The position numbers were made by a program, and so were the translations under genes. This document shows positions 1 to 13,600 of a DNA stretch of 64,000 nt, piece after piece; the stretch's first letter is position 1, and each line of letters starts with the position of its first letter. The DNA comes from Vicugna vicugna (lineage: Eukaryota): contig MU058636.1 in assembly GCA_013265495.1 (NCBI GenBank), forward strand, positions 744,001 to 808,000. The letters are read 5' to 3'. Under the pieces are notes generated by a model, which saw only the letters and a program-made list of their open reading frames with translations, was not told where the DNA came from and did not search any database.

Positions 1-1512
1 GCACCAGCCTGGGCCAGACGGGAAAAGCTGGCCTTGGAGAGCCCTTCTGCCTTTCACTTCTGCCCTCTGCAGTTTAAGGAGAAGGGTAACAAGCAGTCAA
101 CACCCAGCCCTGCCAACTATACCAGTCACTGCTTTCCTTGGAGAGCAGGCATGCTTGAAATCTTCAGTCCCCAGTGTTCCCGTCTCTTGTTCACTTAACA
201 TTTCCTGAGCACCCACTGTGCGCCAGGCACTGGGTACATGCTGGAGCCTCGCATTCAGCTGATGATGAGTTGGTCATTTTAAGGCCACATCACTCCCCGA
301 CCTTGCCACCCATCTCACGTTCCCTGCGAAACTTAATCTTTTCCTTACTCTTTCCCCACCTATGACTTCCAGATTCAAACTGAAAACTACAATACAAATT
401 AGAACAGTTTGATTGGAAAGGAACTGCCACACCAATACTTGTACAGTCTTTCAAGTTCCTGAGGCCAGTTCCCACTCGCCCAGATTGCTTCTCGGTGTGT
501 GGGAGCAACAGACCCCCCTGCGCCACATAAGGAACAGGCGGGCTACACAATCAGCCCTTCCCTGTGCTTCGTCAGCAGACGCTGAGGAGTCGCCCCCGAG
601 GGCTGCTGCAGCCGGGCCACGCGCTTGGTGTGAAGCTAGGGGAGGTTCCTAATCTTTCAATGCTCGACTTTGAAAAGAAGATGGACACAATGATGTCAAG
701 AAAACCCCTCCACTTAAATCTGTTCTGGCCAAGATCCTGCAGGAATGAAACGCAGAGTTCATGGGACCAAATGGCAAGAGAAACCAAGCCAAGATATTAA
801 GATAAAAGTTGGTCCAGGACACATGACATCCCTGAAGCCTCAGATGAAATTCCTAGAGACACATGTGTGACACTCGACAGCCCAGGGTCACGCGGTTCCC
901 CTGGAAAAGCAACCGTTAGAGAAACAGAGGTAATAAGAGTCCCCATATACACAGTGGGTACCACGGAGTAACCAAGGACGGAGACACACAAGAGCACCCA
1001 GGGGTCGGGGGAGATGTTCCCCATTCACCGGAAAGTGAAGGGCTCATCATTAAAGCAGGACTTTCACGGGAAAAATTCTGGGGGGAGCTTTCTTTTAATT
1101 TTTACAGGAAACACTTCTCTGTGTGTGTTAAACATATACAGTGGAATTCCAAACATAGAATACACATGTACAAAGAGGAGAGAAGAGACTGGAACTCAGT
1201 TATTAGCCTGACATTGCAGAGGATTATTATTTATGATTCTAGCTTTTTTTCTGTAATAAACATGTATCTCTTTTGAAATGGGCAAAGTTATAAAAAGGAT
1301 AATGAGACTGAAGTGACTAGGATATGATTCAAAAGAGAAATATTCTAAAAGATGCGGATTTTCAGGATGATAAGAGATGTATACTTCTGAAAAAAATTTA
1401 CCTGTGCTTTTAAAATTACATCAAAAAATTACATCAAGATGTGAATACATTGATAAATGCATTTTCTTCACGTATGTATCTTAGCACAAGGAATGTGTAT
1501 GGGGTACGTTAC

Positions 1513-1652
1513 CCTTTCAATAGTATCATAGCAGTCTTCCAGACTTTGAGTTCTGTCTTGTACAACTGTACTGGCTTCCTTATACTTCACCAACCACTGC
1601 TGATACTCTGCCTCAGTTAAATCTATGTAGGCAACACAGAGAGTCCTCAGAC
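1513..1652 (-). CDS. ATP8A2-like exon ([47 protein letters not shown])
   Basis: 140 nt, TTCTTGCAG| ... AGG|GTAAC; GLRTL motif. Confidence 0.95.
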
Positions 1653-4600
1653 CTGCAAGAAAGATATTACCTGGTCAAGCTTCCAGTGATCAGGGAGAAG
1701 CAGAGAATTTGAAAACAAAATCCAGAAGCGTCTCAGAGGCTGAGGGACAGTGAAGTCCTCCGCTGTCCCTACCTGCCCTGCCCTGGCCTCCTTGCTGAGC
1801 GTATCACCTCCCCTCCCTCCCTGCTTGCTGTGGCTCCCCTGCCTCTTACTTCCTGACACTTGAACTTGCGCCTTCCTCTGCCTGGAATACTCTCCCCTTC
1901 CCCTCCTCAGTCTCTGCCTAACTCACCTTGGGTAGAGAGAGCACCCCTGCCCATCACTCTGTTCCCTTTATCCTGCTAGTTTCTCTCCATAGCACTTGTC
2001 ATCCCTGTGACATCATCTATTACTGGCAAATTCCTGCAGGGCATTGGCTTTCTACGTTTTGTTCACTTCTGTCCTGGAAGCTGAGAACAGTGCATGCCAC
2101 TTAATTGATGCTCCATAACTATTTGTTAAATGAAGGAAAGAACAAATGAGGCTTCTGTTTCCAATTTCAAAGTAAGCCAAATAATCCGTAAGATATCAGA
2201 AAATTAATTTAAATCCCATTTCACAAGGACTTATGTGAAAAAAAAACTTTAAAAAGCAAACTTATTCAAAACTGACTCAAGGGATTTAATTTCGTTAGGA
2301 GATGGATGATAAGTCAAAATCAGAAGGATAACAAGAGAATGGCAGGAAAATATCAACCGTCAGCATCCTGAGTTATACGCACAAAATAATCAGCTTCAAA
2401 ATACACCACACGAACTGGAAAAGCCTATTTTTTCCTCCAACCATGGGCCAAGTTCCTACTACAGCTTGATAAAGAGGTAACACTTAGCAAACAGATTATA
2501 GACGGACGACACTGCTTTAGGAATATAGGAAGAGCCACACAGAAGAGCACACATCTTACTGCTCGCACATAAGCACAAAAACTGTTAAAGATGAAAGAAA
2601 GGGAGAGTAATAATAATGTCTTGACAAGGTTTGTTTGGGGAATCATTTATTTTTAAGCAAACAGAGGGCATACAAGGTCACACATGCAAACAAGCTCTCC
2701 CTCTTGCCCATCTATGGGCCCCAGCAGCAGTGACATGCTTCAAGGCTACAATTTCAACATTGAAGAACGGCATCAAAATCTTATGGTTACCAGGGAAAGG
2801 AGGTGGGAAGGGATAAATTCGGGAGTTTGACATTTACAAATGTTAGCCACTATATATAAAGACAGATTTTTTTTAAGTTTTTTTGTGTAGCATGGGGGTA
2901 CTATGTTCAATATCTTGTAATAAACTTTAATGGAAAAAAATATGAAAATGAATATATATATATGTATATGCATGACTGGCACATAGTGTTGTACACCAGA
3001 AATTGACACACTGTAATTGACTGTACTTCAATTAAAAAAAGAAAAGCATTATAAACGAGAAGTAGATTCAAAACAATTTTCATTTACCTTCTTTGGCAAA
3101 ATATTCCAGATGGGTTAATGTCTCCTCCACAAAGAGAGAATCTTCTGAAAGTCTCTCATAAATCACTGAATCCTATGGGGAGGGGGAAATCCACAGTAAT
3201 TAACACCTTTTCTAAGACTGACAGTCTGAATTCTAGATACTCTTTTATAACTTATTGTTCTATCTAATAGATATGAAGGTGCTCACATGAAGCCTCAGTG
3301 AAGGCACAATTCCAGAAAAAATGTTACATACAGAGGAACAAAAATAAGGCTAACAGCGGATTTCTCATTGAGTCAATGCAAGTAAGAAGCCAGTTAAGCA
3401 AAATCTTTACAGACTGAAGGGAAAAAATGGTCAGCCTAGAATACTATACTCAGCAAAAAGTTATTTCAAAATGAAGACCAGAAAAACAAAGACGAAATAA
3501 AGATTTTTTTCCAATTTAAACTGAAAAAAAATTTATCACCAATGGATCTATGCTATAAGATACAGTAAAGGGACTTCTTCAGAAAAAAGATCATTACACC
3601 AAATGGAAATACAGGTCTGAAAGCACTGAAAATAGTATTGGTATGAGTATATAGACATTATTTCTCTTGTTATTTAATTCTTTTTATTTAAAAAAATTGA
3701 CTGCTTGAACAAAATTAATACCAATGTAGGGTGAAGTTTATAACTTTGTAAAATTAAAATGTATGACCACAGGAGCAAAGATTAGGAGAGAATCGGAAGT
3801 AGAATTGTAAGGTTCTTATACTACAGGTGAAGTAATATACTATCACTTGAAGGAGGGATGTAATAAATTAAAGACACCTACTATAAGCCCTAAAGTAACT
3901 ACTAAAATAAAATTTTTAAATAAAAAAAGGAAATTGAAAAAAATTCAAGTAATCAAAAGAAGGCATAAAACAAAAAAATGAATAAGAGAAAAAAGAACAA
4001 CTGGAACAAACAAAAAATAAATGACAAGATGATATATTTAAATCTAGCCATATCAATAAGCATACTATGTAAATGGTCTAAACATTAGTTAAAAGGCAGA
4101 GATTTTCAGAATAGATAAAAAACACAAAAACCAACTACATGCTCCCTAGAAGAAACACACTTTAAAGACATAAATGGGCTAAAAGGAAAGAAAAAGATAT
4201 ACCATGCTAACCCTAATCGAAAGAAATCTGAAGTGGTTATATTAACATCAGACAACAGAGATTTCAGAGTAAAGAATATGGCCGGGGAAAAAGAAGATCT
4301 TTTCACAATGATAGGTCAGCTCATCAAGAGGAATCAATAATCCTCAGTGTTTATGCACTGAATAACATAGCTTTGAAATGAAGCTAAAACTAATAGAAGC
4401 AAACGAAAAACAAATAGAACTTCAAGATGAAAATCACAAATCCACAATAATACTCGGGGATTTCAATATCCCCCTTTTGATAACTGATAGAACCAGTAGA
4501 CAAAAAGTTATTAAGGACACAGAATATCTGAACAACACTTATCAACCAACTTGACCGAACTGATATGCCCACAAACAGCGAAATACTCATTCTTTTTCAG

Positions 4601-7600
4601 TACACACAAAACATCTAACATTAGATAGGTCATGATCTGACAAAATGAGTCTCAATAAAATTAAAAGTATTTAAGTCATACAAAGTGTGTTCTCTGAGTA
4701 TAATGGAATTAAGTTATAAACCAATTAAAGAAATATCTCTGGAATGTTCCCAAATACTTGAAAACTAAATAACACATCTCAGAATAACTCATGAGTCAAA
4801 GAAGAAATCAAAAGCAAAATTAAAATATTTCAAATTGAATGAAGATGAAAATGCAACATATCAAAATTTGTGAGATGCTGCTAAAGCAGTAGCTAGGAGG
4901 AAATTTACAGCACAAAACATCTGTGTTAGAAAAGAAGAAAGGTCTCAAATCAAGTTCCACCTTAAGAAAACAGGAAAAGAGGAGCAAATTAAACCGAAAC
5001 TAGGCAAAAGGATGGAAATGATAAGGTTAAGAGTGAAATTTAATGACGAAGCAGAAAAACACTTGAAAAGAATTAATAAAACTGAAAGCAGGCTTTTTGA
5101 GACCAATGCAGTTAGTAACTGTCCAGCTAGCCTCATCAAGAAAAAAGAGAAAAGACACAGATTGCCAAGATCAGGAATGAGAGAAGTGACATTTTTATAG
5201 ATTCTATAGATACTGAAAGAATTTTTAAAAGGAATATGATGAACAGTTTTTTCTAATAAATTTGACAACTAGGATGAAATGGAAAAATTCTACAAAAAAG
5301 TGCAATCAAATCTAACTTAATTTTTTTAATGCTCTGAAAAGTTCTATATTATTAAAGAAATTGAACTTGAACTTAGAAACCTTCCCACAAAGAAAATCTC
5401 AAGTCCAGATGGTTTTCTGGTGAATTCCAGCAAACATTCAAAGGACAAATAATACCAATTCTATACACACTTTTCCAAAGACTGAAAAGGAGGGAACGCT
5501 CCTCATTAATTCTACATGACTAGCATTAAAAACCAAACAAAGGCATTACAAGGAAAGAAAATTAAAGACAATTCTTCTGAGAATAGATGCAAAAATACTA
5601 AACAAAACTTTAGTAAATTGAATCCAACTTTTATATATAAAAAGGATAGTACATCGTGACCATATGGGGTTTACCTCAGGAATACAAGTAGGTTTAACAT
5701 TTTTAAAAAAATCAATTGATGTAATTTACCACACTAACAGGTGGTGAAATGAAAAATCACATTAGTATCTCAATCAATGCAGGAAAAATATTTGACAAAA
5801 CCTAGCATCCATTATTGATCTAAAAAAAAAATCTCAGCAACCTAAGAATGAGAGGGAATTTCCTCAGTATGATAAAGAGCATCTATCAAAAAAGTACAGC
5901 TGATATTATCTTCAAAGGTAAAACATTAAGTGCTTTTGCCTAAGATCACAAAGAAGACAATGGTATCTGTTCTCTCACTTCTATTTCACATTGTTCTGGA
6001 GGTTCCAGTTTGTGCAATAACACAAGAAAAAGAAATAAAAGGCATCTATATTGCCAAAGAAGATTTAAATTGTCTTTGTTCACAGATAACATGACCATTT
6101 ATGCAGAAAATCTGATGTAATCTATCAAAATGCTACTGGAATGATTAAGTGATTTTGTAAACGTTGTAGGACACAATATCAAAATGTACAAAAGCCACTT
6201 GCATTTCTATACAGTAACAACAAACTATCAGAAATTGAATTTAAAAAATAATTTACAATAGCATCAAAAATATAAAATACTTAGGAATAAATCTGACAAA
6301 ATAAATGAAGGATCTATACACTGAAAAACTACAAAACACTGTTGAGAGAAAATAAAAAGACATAAGTAAATAGACAGATATACCATGTTTATATAATAGA
6401 AAACTCAATATTATTTAGGATGTCAATTGTTTCCAGATTGATTTAGAGAGTCAACATAGTCCCAGTTTAAAAAAAATCCCCATTGGCTTTATTGGAGAAA
6501 TTGACAAAATGATTTTAAAACTCATATGGAAACGCAAAGATCTCAGAACATCCAAAACAACTTTGGAAAAGAAGAACAAAGTTGGAGAACTAATGCATAT
6601 GGTTCTAAGATTTATTATAAAGTGACATAATTAAGACAGGGTGTCACCGTATAAAGACAACCAACAGGACAGTGAAAGGAAACAGCAGGCTCACATACAT
6701 GTGACAGAAGTGCAAAGGCAATTCAGTGAGGAAAGAATAAACATTTTAACAAGTGGTGCTGAGAAATCAGGTATTCAGATGTAAAAAACGAACTTCTAGT
6801 CCTGGCTCATATCATTCAAAAATTACTCAGTATTAACCGGAAGTAAATATAAAACCTAAAACTGTAAGAAGAGGAGAAAACATAGGGGAAAATCTTTGTG
6901 ACCATGAATTAAGCAAAGATTTCTTAGATATGGCACTAAAAGCATGACCTATAAAGGAACAAATTGGTAAACTGGACTTGATCAAAATTACTAACTTCTG
7001 TTCTTCAAAAGACACTATTAAGAGAATGAAAAGATAAGCCACAGACGGGGTTCTAGTATTTGCAAATTATCTATCTGAGAAAGGACTTGTATCCAAAATA
7101 AAGAACTCTCAAAACTCAATAAGAAAAACAAACAATTATTTTAAAAATCAGGGGCCAAATATTTAAAGAGACATTTTAACAAGGAAGATAAGTGGATGGT
7201 GTGTAGAAAAGAGTTGACATATCAGGTCAAAGACTGCTATTCTTAGAAAGACCTAATTACAAGGCTGGCCCTTAGCTGGTAAACAATTCTCTAAACCCAG
7301 CAAAACATTCCCTGTGTGACTCCCATGGGATTCATCCAGACACTGCCTATGTCCTTCTCCTTTGTGGTCTGGCTGTATACCCTTATTACCATAATAAATC
7401 TTAGTCATGAGTACAACGATGTGCTGAGTCCCATGAATCCTTTTAGAGATTCACTAAAAACACAGGGGTGGTCTTGGGAACCCCCATCACAGATAGCAAA
7501 TAAACACATCAAAAGATGTTTGCTACCACTAGTCAGCATAGACATGTAAGTTAAATTCACAATGAGATACACACCTATTAGAAAGGCAAAATTAAAAAGA

Positions 7601-10600
7601 CTAACCATGCCAAGTGTTGGTGACAATTGCTGGTAATCACACTTTGGTGGTTTCTTAAGAAGTTAAAATACGCCTACTCTATGATCCAGGAATTTTACCC
7701 CTAGGTGTTTACCAAAGAGAGATGAAACCATATATTCATTCAGAGCCTTGCACACAATGCTCATGGGAGCATTGTTTGTAGTAGCCAAAACTGAAACAAA
7801 ACGTTCAACAGATGGAAGGATAAGCGAGTGCTGGTATACCCACTCAATGGAATCTACTCAGCAATGCAAAGAAACGAACTACTGATACAAGCTCCAACAT
7901 GAATGAATTTAAAAATAATTATGAGTGAAAAAACAGACAAAAAGTCACATAGTCGGACTGTATGACTTTATATAAAATTTTAATAAATATAAATGAATCT
8001 ATAATGCAGAAGGCAGATCAGTGTGCAAACTTACCAAAATGTACATTTTAAATATATGTAGTTCATTTTATGTCAATTTTACCTCAATAAAACTGGGTTT
8101 TTTAAAGTACATATGATATAATAGAAAATACATGTATGTATGTACATGCATAACTGAATCACTTTGCTGTAGCCCTGAAACTAACATTGTAAATCAACTA
8201 CACTTCAATAAAAAGCAAACTTTAAAGTACATATGGCAGTGAACAAATATCTAAGTGCTTCAAAAGAAGAGATTTATGGAGGTAAACCAAATTCCTGAGA
8301 CACCAAATCCCAGCACTTTGGGCTCAGAACTGGGATCAAAATTCTCTTAGCTATAAACCCTTAGCATCAGTCATCTAATCACTGGTTCTCGGAAAAACAG
8401 CTAAGTGACAGCAAGTTATCACTGATATAAACACTGCGTGAGTGACCACAGATTTCAGTGCGCTCAGCTGCGGGGGACGTTTTTGGCTGCTTGGGTTTGA
8501 GATGGGCTTTTCAATCTTTGGTAATCCTTCTAGCAACCAGTGACTACAGCATATACAGAGTAACAACACTTAAAGATATGGTGAAGTTGTGAAAGGCTTC
8601 CTCCCCATTCCTGTGAACAAAGAGAGGAGTCGCGTGAAGGACGGAGTCCAGTACTTACAGCCCCTTTGCAGTAGAGCCGGACCTGTCCTGTAGGAGTTCG
8701 GACAATTATAGACATCCTTTTTCTATTACTAAACAATATTGAAAGTATCATTAGTATCTGTTTTCCTCAGTACCTGGAGCTAACACCCACACAAAAAAAT
8801 CAAAGTCAAAAGAATTCTAAGACTTAGCGTCTTTGGCTGCCCTGTAGTGAAAAGGCTGGCATGTTTCTTGCCAGTTTCCATGTCTTTTTTTCTTTACCTG
8901 TTTCCTTTAACGGACATTCTAATTATAAATCTCCACCTCCTGCTACTACTATTCTTTTCTTCCATGGAAATTTACTGACACAAATATATATAATAGATAA
9001 TATACACTATATATTGTATGTAATATGATATTTACATTGATATGTACTATTATAGTATAGTACGTAACACAGATACAGTAATACACCTTTCTTACGTATC
9101 ATACATAATGTATATTACTTATAATATGCACACTATATATACATGTAATGTATTTAATATAATTGTTAAAAACTGCTGAGAGAAGAGGAGAGCAGCCCTG
9201 GGTCTGTATTATTCAGACCTCACACCATCTTTATCAAGTAGACCTTCCTGTTCACTGTGCTGCACAGAAATGTTAAATTTCTGGCTCAGTAGATGCCAGA
9301 GGTTTTAAAATATGGATTTCTGTCTCAAAGTCCTTGGGATTTTTGCGTGGGTTTTTTTTTTTTTATTTGTTTGTTTTCACAGTCGTAGATAGGACGTAGA
9401 CTCATTGCTTTTATTCCTGGTTTAGCAGCCCAAATCGGCTTGAAGAACTCCTCTCTCCACCTACCCCACACACCACCAAAGTAAACTGGCCGAGATGGTC
9501 CTTCCTTCTCATCATGGCATTCTCCGACTCCTAACCCTCCTCTCATCTTTCAACCACCAGCCCAAGTCCCATCTCCTCACAAAGGCTCCCTTGGCGCCTC
9601 CCTCTGAGGTGACCTCCACCACCAGGAGCACCACGGTCCGTCTCCATCAGATCAGACTGTTTAATATGCTTACAGCACTCGTCACGACTTGAAATTATCC
9701 TGTTCGTTTACCAGAGTCAAGGGCTCCATGAGCAGGCGGTCGTCACGGCCACTCTAGTCCTAGGACAGTGACTGGCATGTGGCTACAAAGGTATTTGTAG
9801 CTGCATAGACTGCAATCCACCCCGTGAAGACGAAAATACGTATTTTTTTCATCCTCTAACTTTTCTTTCACCTCTGGAAGCACAGGCTGGTTGCAAATTC
9901 CGGGCCTTTGGAACCAGACAGACCTGGATTTGAATCCTGACTCTGCCGCTCATTTGCTCAGTGACAATGGGAAGGTCCTTTGAGTTGAGCTCCAGCTGCA
10001 TGTCTTTCAAAAGGAGCGACCAGCAGCTACCTCAGGGGACTGCTTTGTTTGTGTCCAGCAGACCAGTTGGGCTCTCGGTCATTCCACGTTTTCAAGCTCT
10101 TCCAACAAAGAGAATTTTATTTTCCCTCAGGCATAAGGCTGATCAAGAAAAGGAGGTTGAAGCTTGGAACAAAAGTAAGAGGCTCAGAGACGTGATTGCT
10201 GAAGGAGAGGAGAAGGGTCTCCTCCAGGCAGGGGAAGCCCCTAGTGAAATCCAAACGCTTAAGCCTCAGAAAAGAGTGTTCCAGCTAAAGTGACAGTAAT
10301 GATACTACACACGCATACCAAATGCTATATCAGTATTTTTTATGTGCCAGGCACTGCGATCTAATCTTCACAACAGTCCTGTGAGGAGGACACCATCTCT
10401 ATCCCATTTTATAGACCAAGAAACTGCGGCGCAGAGAGGTTAGGAGACGGGGAAGGTCACAGAATCACGACCACACGCACAAGCGCTCCTTGTCCCTCCT
10501 GCGTCGCCGGTGCTTCTCCACCCGCTCCCCTCCTCTCCACGTGCACCCACGCTTGTCACCAACCTTTCTCCCCTTCCGCCTTCTCTGGCTCCAGTCGATA

Positions 10601-13600
10601 AAGCCACTGAGTAAAGAATTAGCCAGCAAGATAACAACTCTGCCAGGCCACCAAGCCCAGCAAATCACCAGAAGTGGTGAGAGACGCCCAGGCACCTCCC
10701 ACCCCCCAGGGAGCCCAAGCCGTGCCTGCTTAACACACAGGCTTCCCCGGGCCCTGTCGCACTCTGAACAGACTACAGCAAAGCTCCTGGCCTCCAAGCA
10801 GAACACGTGAGCTAGAAGGTACTTTCCAACAGGGGTAAAGGATTAACAATTGTTTCAAATGTTGAGAAAGCTGTTGGAACACTACTCAGGGCCATTAAGT
10901 TTTTTAAGTGTCACCTAGCTAGGAGCACACATGTTCATGACAGGAAATGACTGCTCTCATGGTAGCAGTAGTCAAATATGAAGAAGGGAGAAAGCTAGAC
11001 TGATTATTGAGATGTATTTCCTTGCAATAAAGTTTTTATAAAAAGCTTTCCTAGAGAGAGGAGTTAATAGCAACTTTTCCGAGGTTTAAAACTTTTTTTT
11101 TTAACTGTCACTGGGAAATAAGGCTTTAAAGACGTGATCTAAAAAACCATCTACCTTTGGGAAGAGCAAATGATTTACTTGTTTCCTTTTCTAATTTTTC
11201 AGATTCCACATTAGAAATGGTCTGATGGCCCGAGAGATATGACTTCATGAGTCAGGAGGAAACTCCAATGGCAATAAAACCATCACCCACATCCTCACAA
11301 CACGCTCTGGGGCATCAGGCCATGGCTGCTGGAGTGTAAGAGGAGAGGCATTTGGAGGCACGCTGTTCCCTTTGAGGGAAAATTTCAATTACTTCACTAC
11401 TTTTGAAGAAACAGTTTTTGATTTATTTGTGAAGATAATATTCAATATCCATTTGTTAAAAAAGAGACAATAGGCCCTAAATGGAGTCACTTATGCTCAG
11501 CCCAAGTCCCCAGCCTGAGACTTAATGCCTAACCGAATTGCAATTACAGCCTCCCCAGGAGTGCAACCTTAGCCAGTCAGTCTGGAATTGCCTGGTCAGC
11601 ACTGGTGAGGAGACGTGAGTGACAGACCACTGCAGTCCCCCAAAGGGAGGGGACCTTGCCCCAAACGATCCACTCTGCTATAGCCTCCGTGCCCCACCCC
11701 GGTGTCACCTATGAACGTCGTCCACTTTGTTCAGCCCCTCAGAGCTCCTTTGTCTCTGCCGGGTGAGACGCTGCCCAGCTCATGAATCACTGAGTAAAGC
11801 CAATGAGATCGTTACAATTTACTCAGTTGAATTTTGCTTTTTGACACATCCATTCATCAAACATTTATTGAGCACTTCCTGGATACCAGCACTCCCCCCA
11901 AGGAGGTGACTCCTACCCTCCTGGAACTTACGGTCTAGTTGGCAATACAGTCGTTAAGTAATAACCCAGGTTTAAAATCGCAGCTCTGACTGTGACAAGT
12001 GCTAGAAAGAAGAGGTTGAGAAACCAAACCAACTACAAGAGGGAATTTGCACTAATGGGGCCAAGAAGAGAGAACTGAGCAGACGTTAAAGGGTGGGTAG
12101 AAGCCAACTAGAATTTCATGATTCTGTGTTAAGCTTTTGATTCACACACACACTGCCAAATCTCAATTGCATAGTCACAGAAAGAGCCCTGGTAAACACA
12201 GGCAGCTTACCTAGAAAACTCCAGGACGTTAAGAATTTCAAACGTGAATTCTTCTCCCATCTACAGGAAGATAAGACAACATGCTCTTACCTGGGGATGA
12301 AAGTATTCATCTTGCAAAATAACTCACTCTCCCAATCACATACAAGGTTTACCCCCCAAATACACATCTTTTTCAAAATAAAGAGCCTCTTGCACGTCTG
12401 ATGAGATGCTGGTGCCCTCCGCTGGTAAGAACATTGCTTACAACCTGGGCAATGTTAGCAAAAGTGCTTCTAATAGTGACAATTTGAGCCTGAAACACCT
12501 CTCTTCTCAATCTAAAATTAGCACTAATAGAAACACTGTATAAACACACCCCTGTTGTAAAGTTACATGGAGTAAATGAGACAATCATCAGACAGAAATG
12601 GGAGAGCAAATAAATCTTCTAATAAAATCGCACAGATCAAACAGAATCCTTAATGCCTAGATAATTTGAAGAGGTAAACATGGAAAGAGGTGGCATGATA
12701 TAAGATGTACCAATGAAACACGCATTCTTTTCTAAACTTTTCCTGTTACAGCCGCTTAGCTTTCTGTAACCATGATCAATTTGTCTCTGAATCTACCAGC
12801 TCCCAGCTTTACCAGTACAGGACTGTAGAAGTTCAAATAATTTGAGAATCATCTATGTGCTATAAAGAAGAATTCATCAGTCCATTCTAGCAAGGACACA
12901 GTGCCTAGTAAACACACCTAACCATTGCACTGTGACTAGGGGAGAAAAGTGCATTGGCTACCATGTTTACATTGCTTCCATTTTTTCTCCCATAACATCA
13001 AAGGTTTGTGGTTAGTGGTCATCAAGAAAGAACAAGGAAATATACACATATATATAACATAAATAAATCAACAGAACAGAGCTGACCAAAGAGTAGTCTG
13101 AAACATTTTGATTCTTCATAGAAAAAAAAATCCTGTATATCTTGAAGATCTAATGATTCTAACTCTTTGGAATAGCTCACTTTTACTGAGCACTTTCTCT
13201 GCACCAAGCACTAATCTCAAATACTTTACCTAAATTAACTCATTTAATATTCACAAGGACCCTATAATATGCGTGATGAGAAAACTGGGGCAAATACAGA
13301 GAAGTTAAAGAACCTGCCCCAGAACAATGGCTGGGAAGGTATGGGGCCAGGTGGGAATTCCGGGCAGTGGACTCCACAGCTTCTACTCTGTTTTGGGGTG
13401 GGTTTTTATGCAGGGGGCATTAAGTTTATTTATTTATTTGGAGGTATTGGGGATTGAACCCAGGACCTTATGTATGCTAAGCATGCGCTCTACCACTGAG
13501 CTCTACCCCCCACCCCAAGAGCTCCTACTCTGAACCACTGTTTACATGTGTTTCTCTGGAAGAGCAGGTGCATGTAACCTGCTGGGAAGCATACAGGATG